Source of the DNA: Tubiluchus corallicola
Lineage: Eukaryota; Animalia; Priapulida
Assembly: GCA_030141605.1 (NCBI GenBank)
Contig: JAQGDQ010000152.1
Span: 186,001 to 250,000 of the forward strand
Length of the DNA stretch: 64,000 nt
Direction: 5' to 3'
Shown: one piece after another, positions 55,101 through 64,000 of the stretch
Position numbering within the stretch: the first letter of the stretch is position 1
Layout: each line of letters begins with the position of its first letter
Program-made: the position numbers and the translations under genes
Notes under the pieces: model-generated
What the model saw: only the letters and a program-made list of their open reading frames with translations
Told to the model about the DNA's origin: nothing
Databases searched by the model: none

Positions 55101-58100
55101 ATCTGGAAAAATCATTTTGCAGTGAGATTTTGCTGATTTGTGGGTTATTTTTTGCACATGTGTAATAAAAGTAGCACATGAACGAGTTGTATTTGTTTGT
55201 GGGTTTGTGCAAGGAACAGGTCACTAACTATGGTCACCTAAGTACAGTTGACGAACAAGAAGTATTACATGAAATACGTAACGAAAGTGAAGCAACATTT
55301 TTTAAGAAAATGTAAAAAAATCAGCAAGCTTACCACAGTCTTTATTTCTCAAACAAGGAGCTATTAAGCCATCAACAGTTTGCCTAGGAAAAGCTTTGGC
55401 AAATCCAATGATGCAGTTACACAGCAGTTTAGACGGGTTCTGCTTCAGTTGAATTACCTTTACAAAATAAGGCCGACCAACATTAATAATCACAAAGAGT
55501 CCATTTGAATAACTATACAAAACTTATTGAAAAAATGTTCACAGAATGGTGTGAGTATATTATACTTCTAGTATAATGGCTGATTATTCCTGTGAAAATA
55601 CTACAATTAATTATCGTACAGAGTACACACTAAATGAACTCAAACAACAGTGTTTGCTAAACTATAGTAAAATAAGATTGGGAAGAAAGGTATTGCATAA
55701 ACAGTTAATGAAAAGCCATGCAATAGACTTTCGGACAGTTTAAGTTTTCTACTGCTAGATATGTTATGCACAGATTTTTATTGCCCAGTATTGTTTAAAG
55801 AAGCATTTCAAGCACAAAGAAATTTTTGATACGTTGTTGTTGCATTATCATCACAAAACATAATGACTTTTCTAAATAATCGGCCATTTTGACGATAAGT
55901 CATTTGAAACAAGTTTAGATAACACTAAGTAAAGTTCTAAAAAATAAAATAATCAGAGCATTCGTAGCGCACATGTCACTAAGTAAAATTTAAAATTACT
56001 GTACNNTGTAACGCGGCTAGGGGTTCACGTAACAGAAAAATGTGCAGATTATGGTACTTTGCACCAATGGCTTGGGTTCATCTGACTGTTAAGCCTAAGG
56101 CACACTTCAGCACAAATTAGTTCTTGAAGTTTATAGCAGGAAAACTGACATTGGAGAAATGTTGGTTTTGATAGACAATTTTGAATTATTGCTTTATTAT
56201 GGTTCAGGGCTTATAATTAGCAGCTCTTGAGATAACAGAGCTTGTTAGCAACTCTTGTGTTAACAGAGTTTGTCAGCAGCTCTTGAGATAACAGAGCTTG
56301 TTAGCAACTCTTGTGTTAACAGAGTTTGTCAGCAGCTCTTGAGATAACAGAGCTTGTTAGCAACTCTTGTGTTAACAGAGTTTGTCAGCAGCTCTTGAGA
56401 TAACAGAGCTTGTTAGCAACTCTTGTATTAACAGAGTTTGTCAGCAGCTGTTGAGATAACAGAGCTTGTTAGCAGGCCTTGTCGTAGCAGACCTTGTCAG
56501 CAGCGAATGTCCCTTCCTCTGGAACTGTCCTCCTTAAATACTACTCTGGACAGATGACATGACCCACCTACACACTGTTGATTGGTTATTGTCTTGTTAA
56601 CACGGGCGGATCACGTGCATAGACCTTAATAGGCAGTATACTGAATCACGCGCTCAGCTCTGCAGGTTCTTGATTGGTTGTTGGCGTAGTTGTTTTCACA
56701 TCCGGGTCCTTCTCATGAAAACTTCCGTTTATGCACGTGTGTTTGTGTCGCCGGTAAAGCGTAGTGTAATTATTGTCACAATTAGTTTAATTTAATGTTC
56801 TTATTATAGGCACCGCATACCTATGCCACATTACTTCGTCAATAAGATAAAAAAACGTTTTTGGTTAGTGAGTGATGCACCCTGGAGGGCGAGTCAGTGA
56901 CATTTTAAAAATTGGTGAAAGCATTTTAATTAATTAATAATTTTCTTTTCTAGTTACAAAAGTCTTTCAAACAGGTAAGCGAAATGCTAAGTAATACAAT
57001 TTTGAATGGAAAATTTTTTGAGACAGTTTAACAAGTACTTACGTTTGCGTAAGTGACGTCATGTAATGGCACCGTGGGAACAGTACTACGGGAGATTTAA
57101 TTTGAAAACAAACGAAAACCCTTTTAACACGAGTACGATATATGCATAAAATTGCTACAAAGTAATATAATTTCTTACGGCGATTTTTCTGAAACCTACT
57201 TTAGGTACCCCCTTTTGTTGTCCTTTGAACTCTATTAAACAGTGTGAAATCATTAGTATATTCGAATGTACAGCAGGCACAAACCCTAGAGTACAGACAG
57301 CATCTGCATATATGCGTGCAAGTTGATGAACTCAGATCTTGCACAGGAAGCTGTTCGCATAAACTGTTTAAATCTCCATCGCTGAGTTTGTCCAACTGCA
57401 AATATTCACAAAGATCTGGTACCTGAAACAATCGTGACAATAAGTTACAGTAAATGCCCGATGAATTGTTGAATTTTATAACCACTAAAAGCGAAAAACT
57501 CTGGTGTAGCTGTGACACAGCAGACTCACTGTTGTAATTAAAAGTATTCAGCCAGCATTTCAGCATATGACTACATCTACTCTATTCAAATGACATCGTG
57601 GCACCATCTACCAGCTAAAACTAAAATCAATTTCGTAACGACAATACAGTTTTCTGCAGCCAGCACACGTATGATAAATGAAGCTTGACGCCAGGCGGAT
57701 GTACTATTTTTAATGATCCTGTAGGCTACAAAAACTCTATTTGCATTACACAAATTCACCATTATAATGTACAGACGATTAAGAAACGCATGCTTAAGGT
57801 GACACAGTTGAAGAGGTAATCAACGATTACCCATGACAGGTTTTAATTTCCCATGGCATAATGCGGAGAGAAGAAAAAACAGGTATATAAGGAGCAGACA
57901 GTATGCACTCATATCTCAGTCTGCCGGATCTTGCTTTTACGGATATCAGAAGAATCAGAAAAAATCTGGACCATTAACTAGTCCCGCATACTACAGACAC
58001 AGTCTGTTGTTGCGTGAGCTGACCACTAGTTGGCAGGCCATCACTTTGTTTACATCATTACATCAGTGTTACCACATGTATATCTCTATATAAAACTATA

Positions 58101-61100
58101 GAGTCAATTGCCGACAGTTTTTATATACTTTTGCATAGGAGCGGCCCATACTAGACATTTTTGAAACAATTAGGCGATCACATTACCTTGAGTCTAATAC
58201 ATAGGGCCTACTATATTAGCTTAACATTGGTAAATACGGACAATCGGCAAATTCGGACCGACATCTTCCCAGTTTTGTCCAACAAACGAAGATACGAGTT
58301 TGCTCTGCAAAAAAGCTGTAGCCAGCTAAGATAGTTCAGCAACTTCTTTGCAGTTGACATGGACATAACATTGCTGATGATCTTTGGTTGCAAGCAGTGT
58401 CCAACTCACTACCAAAGTTTTTCCAAACAAAAATGATTCTTCTATATAACTGTATCTTCATATCACGTTATTTTAATATTACAACAGGTGTCTTTCCATC
58501 AGTCTCTCATAGCAATGCAAACATACATTATTAATTTATCTGTAATTTTAGTGCAAATATACCTGCAATAACCAACAAAAGTTCAGTATGGCAGCACTAC
58601 TGGTAAAATATAAGCCTAACGTGATTTGAATTGTTTTGAACATTTGATGAAACTCTTTTTGAATCAAGGATGGGTATTCCAGAAAAAAGAGAAAGAATGA
58701 ACAGTTAGCAAGCTACTTGACAGAAATCTTAATAGCTGTAAATGTGGATTGGCAACAAAATCAGAAACCTATTCAACTGCATAGAGATGTATTTCCAAAA
58801 ACTTCCCAACTATTTTTACGAATGCACATTATCAAAAGGTAAACAACACAAGAACAAAATGAATACAATAAATGAAAAAAGACCTTTCACACTTTTGGAT
58901 AACAGTAATAATATTACAATCAATGTTTAGAAAATTATTGGCAATAATGGGTGCATACCAGATTTGCAGGAACATTTGCTAAAGCATCTACAGCACTGAA
59001 GATAATGTCGGCCATAATGTCTCCGTTCTGAATTGCAGACCGAATGTTTTCGGCAGCAGGGAGATCCTTTAATGCCACATCAAGTGTTCTTTCAACTGCA
59101 GCAGTTTCGCTTGCAGAATGTTCACCAGGTTGTGATGCAACGGAACTACCATTCGCTAAACTGGCTTCTGTTTGCCTAACTGCAATGTATTTGAAATATT
59201 GCAAAATGCATTTTAGAATGAAACAGAATCTATATTTGTCGAAAAAATGTTAAGCTTAGTCAGAAAATGGATGGATGACCACCAGAAATACTGCTTCTGG
59301 GTGGTTTCAGCTAACATGCCATCCCTTGGGAATTTACATTTTCAGACTAAGGCACCCTGCTGATTCAGTGTTTCAGTTTAGAGGCCTATCTTTGGCAAAG
59401 ATAATCATCTACATTTAAGAAGGTAAATGCTGGATTATGACCTGCTGAGCACCAAACTGTCCAAAAATAAACTGCTCAGGATAGCAGACAAATATTTTAG
59501 CTATCATAATTATCTTGAGTTTCATCTTTTACGAAACGTTTTGTATGGCAGCAGCTAGATTAATGGGAATCCCCGAAAAACAATTAAATGCATTATGTTC
59601 AAAAATGTCCCACAAGAACTGTTACTGTTGCTTATTTCTGTGTCAAATATGAAGTGTTAGATTTTATCAGTCATCAATCACATAAGATAAGAAAGACTTA
59701 GATAACACGCGAAGCTAATAGTTCATCAAAATATTTTCTGATTCTTTGAAAATAATCATGTGAGCTTGCAAACCAAAGTCGTCCATAAGTCAGCATAGTT
59801 AAAACTACGTTATGAAACTTCAATTTAGAATGCACCAAAAATTTGGTCAAATGTCAATATTTTCCTTTTTACAAAAACAAACACTAAACATAATGGACTT
59901 CGAAATTGTCAAGAAAATGTTTAAAAGATACTAATTTTATAACCCCGTACCCACTTTTCTGTCTAGAAACTAGTACTGCAATTGTAAAAAACTTTGGTAG
60001 TAGCTCATGGAAGCAATCAATTTGCTTCGGGTTTTTTCTGTCACCAACCCCAGATTTTTGTCAGAAAAAGCCTTGTACTGGACTTAAACATAACACCAAT
60101 GTGTTCTTGCAAAGTCCGTAGCAACCAATATTTGTGCGGTTGCTAAGTGTTTTGTAGAAACACGGACAAAAAACAATGGCTGACTCTAACAGTGATTTTC
60201 TCAAGATTATGTTTTTCAGTGCAAAGCCTGCACCTTATCTTCAATGTGGATTATCTCAGCTTAGAAATAACATAAAGCAATGAGCTTGGTACCAAAATGA
60301 TCCTCATGAAATGGAGATTCAGGATGTGTGAATACCTAGAAAAGCTTAATTGCCAACTTATATGGACGATTTTGCTATGGAATCACACATATTAAATTAG
60401 TAATGCAATGTCTCATGTGCTATTTAATTTGACAAGTAGAACATTCTCACCATCAACTCGAAGTCTCTTATTTGGAGCTTCCTCAGTGTCTTCTGCAATG
60501 TCATCATTGTTTTTCGAGGTGTTAACAGATTCTAAGAGAGAGATCTTTTCAGCAATGATCAAATCACATTCCTCGAGTGTTTTTTCATCTTCTTTACCTG
60601 TAAAAGCAAACATTTTTAAATTACTGAATTAAGCAATAAACTAAGGTTTGCAAATGGATCACCAGCAAATGAAAATTGATGACTTAGCATTGGAGTCCCA
60701 CCACGTGACTAATCAAAATCAAATTTGTATCTCGCAAACCTTTACATAACAGATGTACCTATACCATACCATTGATACTACAAAGTAAAAATAATAAAGA
60801 ATTAATTAAAAATGGCATTGACACAAGACATAATTTATTAGTACATCAGATTTTGTGTTTTGCACGGCTGAAATGAAACAAAGTAGCAAAAGATGCACCG
60901 ATCAAATCATTTCTGATTACAGCCGGCATGCAAAATAAACTTTTAGACATAATTCTGCAGCAAGTCTATTGTCTACAAGCCTCCATCTTATTCCTCAAGA
61001 CTCAACTATACAGGTAAATTTTGCATTTTATACCCTACACGACATATTGTACTTGCATCAACATTTTCCAATTTTTCTACTCAACACCTATGGCAGTGCA

Positions 61101-61450
61101 GCCTCATCGACTTCTACTGGACCTGGCTTGACTATCACAACATGGAATTTTTTTGTCATCTGGCTCAACTCTCCCTTCCCCTCCCAATTTCTTCCTCCTG
61201 TTCCTCGATTGTGAGTACTACTATAAACTACTTGCAAACCAGTTCTATTAAAATAATTACACTTAAGTAAAATTAAAAGAAATACTAAAAATAAAGAATT
61301 AAAGAAAACATAAATTAGCGACATACCTTCAGAAGCGGCGACATCAAATCGTCCCCAAGGGCTGATCTTTTCTGCCCCAATTTGTTGCAACTGCAGACAC
61401 AACCGGTTCTTAAGTGCAACGTTTTCTTGAGAAAATGTATGCGGTTCCAT
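52171..61450 (-). CDS. FANCE: Fanconi anemia group E protein homolog, about 378 aa from the first in-frame ATG, 9 exons
   Basis: Exons 61327-61450, 60451-60597 (PNKRLR), 58959-59179, 57285-57422 (LCEYLQLDKLSDGDLNSLC..DLSSS), 55334-55457 (NPSKLL..LIAPCL), 55027-55102, 53775-53847 (LEWSE), 52889-53014 (FTKLILVILNKYG) and 52171-52278 (NKTLLKKS..stop). GT-AG with consistent phases. Matches the recalled human FANCE C-terminal domain (LCAQLQLPQLSD, SASRLL, LPWKE, YAKLML.VM.KY, NTTFLRKS). 5' end uncertain. Confidence 0.85.
53130..53500. mobile_element. Tc1/mariner (pogo-like) MITE in a FANCE intron
   Basis: TA|CAGTCAACCTCGGATATAA ... TTATACCCGAGGTTGACTG|TA: TIRs with a TA target duplication. Confidence 0.9.
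54761..55040 (-). repeat. 35-bp x8 tandem array spanning a FANCE exon / intron boundary
   Basis: ACTTAC (GTAAGT on minus) at 55021, 54986, 54951, 54916, 54881, 54846, 54811 and 54776. Confidence 0.97.
55860..57227 (-). mobile_element. Kolobok-like element, copy 4 (inverted), split by a solo LTR
   Basis: 55860-56004 and 56831-57227 are contiguous parts of the same family sequence (..CTTATTGACGAAGTA|CAGTAATTT..). Confidence 0.7.
56007..56830 (-). mobile_element. Solo LTR (about 824 bp) with internal 28/56-bp tandem repeats
   Basis: On minus: TG..CA termini (TGTGGC ... GTTACA), CCAAT boxes (~56677, ~56585), TATTTAAG (~56540), AATAAA (~56198); flanks GTACNN / TTACTT are compatible with a 5-6-bp TSD. 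Repeat array at 56217-56485. Confidence 0.75.
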
Positions 61451-62910
61451 TAACAAAGCTCACTTAACAGTTAATGTGAACCATGCTTTAGCAATAAGTT
61501 CAATGCGGGAGGTATCCCTGAAGTGGCTGGATGTACTGTTCTCTTCTAGTCCCTGAGAACAGAGAAAACCAGATAACATCATTTTGTTAGTTATTAAAAT
61601 TTGCATGGCGAAAGTCAGCAAAAACTGTATAGCGGATAACTGTTGTATGGAAAAAATTAATACTCCAAAATTGTTTTTACTGACTAATACAATATCACAA
61701 TAAAATATTAAGGTAGGTCAGTAGAAGCTTTTATCTCTGCGTTTCTTTTGAAAACTGCGAAATAGTACAATGCATGAATATTATATTAAAAAACTATTCT
61801 TGCGTTTGCATAAGTATTCTAAGTTTTCAAACAATTTAACTAATGAAATTATCTGGCTTCAATAACATTCAATAATCCTTCATCTTGATAAGACAACATC
61901 TCAAAATTCAACCTTTACTTTCAATGCTTTGACCTTAATATTGGTTTGTTTAACCAGATTAATATCTTAATTACAACACGATTCACATTCATTAAGGTAA
62001 AGAAGAAACTTGCAAATGTTCTTGAACATATATGGTCGCTTCTCTATGCAGTTGTCAAAAACCTAACATCAATCTTTCACTCAACGATTGAAATGAAATG
62101 CTTCTAAAGTATTGAGTTAAATACATTATTATTATTATTAAAGCATATACATTATTGAAAAGAACATTAAATTTTTGAAGTGAACGGCACAGATCTGTAT
62201 AAATTTCCATCATACAGAAACATTTTTCCATGAACAAGCCACTGTAATTCCTTGCTGTTATTTGAGCATAACAGCATTTGCAACTGTAGCGAGGAAACGA
62301 GTGCATATATTCGATAATGACATTAATGCAATATACTAAGCATTACAAAAATATGTTACAATAACAAAAACATAACTGTTTATTTTCTCAGTGTCCACAT
62401 CTAATATGCGATCCATTTTTCGACTTTTACAATGACAGATTGAAATAATCGTCCGGAAACATTGTTTGTGTCATCAAGCGTGACATAGTATGCCAACTTT
62501 GTACAGACAGACTGAGTTTATTTTTCTTTTAAAAATATTTAAAGACGAATGCAAACTAATAACATGTTATAAAACTTCCAGTGAATTATAATAATCTACA
62601 ACAATAATCTATAACTCTATAAATCTAAGTATTAAATACTGACTCCTCATAATTAATTAAGTCCATTCTAAAGGCTTAAGCAAGTGACGTTAGAAATTAC
62701 AACACCAAATTAAGCAATGAAAATTAATACATAGTTATTAATCAGAGTTCAAAATAAAAGTAATTTTTCAAATAACGTTTATATATACAATACAATTTTT
62801 CTGCACAGTTGCTCGAGTACATAAGTACAAATAAGGAGAGTGCTAGATCGTTTAGCTTTTTCTGGATCTCAAACATTTCTAGAAGATCGATCTCAAAATG
62901 CTTAAACCTC

Positions 62911-64000
62911 TTAGTGAACCGCTTCCTTAGCCTCTTGTGAAGCTATCTTATCAAGTATAAATGTTTCCCAGTAACTAGCCAGTCTGCACAACCATTCCTT
63001 CCAATATTTTTCACACAAACTACGATCTAGCATATGAACATCGGCCGGATCACCATTCTCGTACGCAATAATAACTGAAGCATTATCTACATGTAATTCA
63101 ACATTCTGATCATAGTTAAGAGCGCCAACGTAGGCCGTCGCTTGAATCGGATTGTCGAAGGTGTTGCGAAGGAACGGCTTTCTGGTTTTTGATGTCTTCC
63201 AGTCAATAAGACAAAGCTTGTCCTTATACATAGCCACACAATCAATGGCACCAGTGTACCGTAAAAACGGATGGGTAATGTATGTTTCCAGCAATTTAAT
63301 ATCAGTTACATCTTTCCACACATACTGAAGGCTGCTCCAGTAATTTTCCACTAAACCGACAATTGGTATTTCTTCCTTGGGCACTCCGCTCAGCCTACGT
63401 TGAACGCATACATGTAGATTGGATCCTACCCGTAAACTATTATCTCTCAGTTTATCGAAACCATCTTGGCCCAAATCAGCAATCATTTTGTGTTTCCAGC
63501 GTTCCAAAGCAGCCACACTTACTGAAGATGCTGTACTTTTCAGTATCTTACTGACACTAGCATACAGCGAGTCCAGGTCATCTGGAAGTGGAATTTCTGG
63601 AATTCCTGCATCGGATATATCGGCACCCCTAGCGGGATTGCAGAGAGGAAAAGCAAGAATTTGTTTCTTTAACAATGTCAATACTTTTTCTGTCTGCAAT
63701 CGTTCAACAGTGTGTATACATTGTTGAGGAATACTCGATTGAGACAACTCAACATCAGCAGCTTGAATCACATTTGTCCTGCTTTCAGTATCAGAGAATG
63801 AACTATTAGATGCTGTTTCTTTCACATTTTCAGTATCACAGACCACGTTTGCACCAACACGTGTCAGATCTTTGTCTGAATTTATTATAGTACGATTAGT
63901 TTCTGATGCTTCGTCGCAGAAAATAGCACACTCATAAGGCAAAATTTCCTTATCACGATAAATGTTTAAACCCTTAACAACACGGTTTTCCAAAGCATCT
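62911..64000 (-). CDS. MGME1: Mitochondrial genome maintenance exonuclease 1 (PD-(D/E)XK nuclease), 5' end outside the window
   Basis: SVSKIL, ALERWK..MI.DLG.DGF, G..LH, Y.G.IDCVA.YK.KLCLIDWKTS..KP..TFDNPIQ..AY.GA.N, AY..G.PA, YW..WL.RL match MGME1; the frame is open to the window edge. Confidence 0.93.
   Translation of the reverse strand, partial: DALENRVVKGLNIYRDKEILPYECAIFCDEASETNRTIINSDKDLTRVGANVVCDTENVKETASNSSFSDTESRTNVIQAADVELSQSSIPQQCIHTVERLQTEKVLTLLKKQILAFPLCNPARGADISDAGIPEIPLPDDLDSLYASVSKILKSTASSVSVAALERWKHKMIADLGQDGFDKLRDNSLRVGSNLHVCVQRRLSGVPKEEIPIVGLVENYWSSLQYVWKDVTDIKLLETYITHPFLRYTGAIDCVAMYKDKLCLIDWKTSKTRKPFLRNTFDNPIQATAYVGALNYDQNVELHVDNASVIIAYENGDPADVHMLDRSLCEKYWKEWLCRLASYWETFILDKIASQEAKEAVH

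Noticed and set aside
61088-61245. Exon-like frame TGLQVVYSS..KPGPVEVDEAALP
   Set aside because: Phase does not fit the flanking FANCE exons (phase-1 entry hits a stop after ELVCK); resemblance to Merlin/IS1595 'VEVDE' is too weak to call.
61460-61462. TGA as selenocysteine in FANCE
   Set aside because: No known Cys/Sec position here and no SECIS recognised; simpler explanations exist.

Overview
AT-rich, intron-rich animal (invertebrate-like) nuclear DNA; the species cannot be identified from the sequence. By hand-splicing at GT-AG sites with matching phases I recover six protein-coding genes. On the minus strand: a GM2-activator-like ML-domain lipid-binding protein (4 exons, 5855-12459, not shown by the ORF track), MAP3K1/MEKK1 (18 coding exons, 19720-35837), VCP/p97 (single-exon CDS, 39768-42185), FANCE (about 9 exons, 52171-61450) and MGME1 (62911 to the window edge, 5'-truncated). 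On the plus strand: an 8-finger C2H2 gene (49562-51045). There is also a cyclase-family pseudo-exon split by a LINE tail, hAT-, Tc1/mariner- and Kolobok-like MITEs, LINE relics, a solo LTR and several minisatellites. The most unusual feature is that two unrelated genes carry tandem arrays that amplified an exon-intron junction. In MAP3K1, ten in-frame, stop-free 54-bp units each repeat the 5' splice site plus zinc-ligand codons of the RING/PHD finger. In FANCE, eight 35-bp units repeat a donor that folds into a hairpin and reads into a stop. All gene models and family assignments come from manual translation and recalled homology; no database search or RNA evidence was available.
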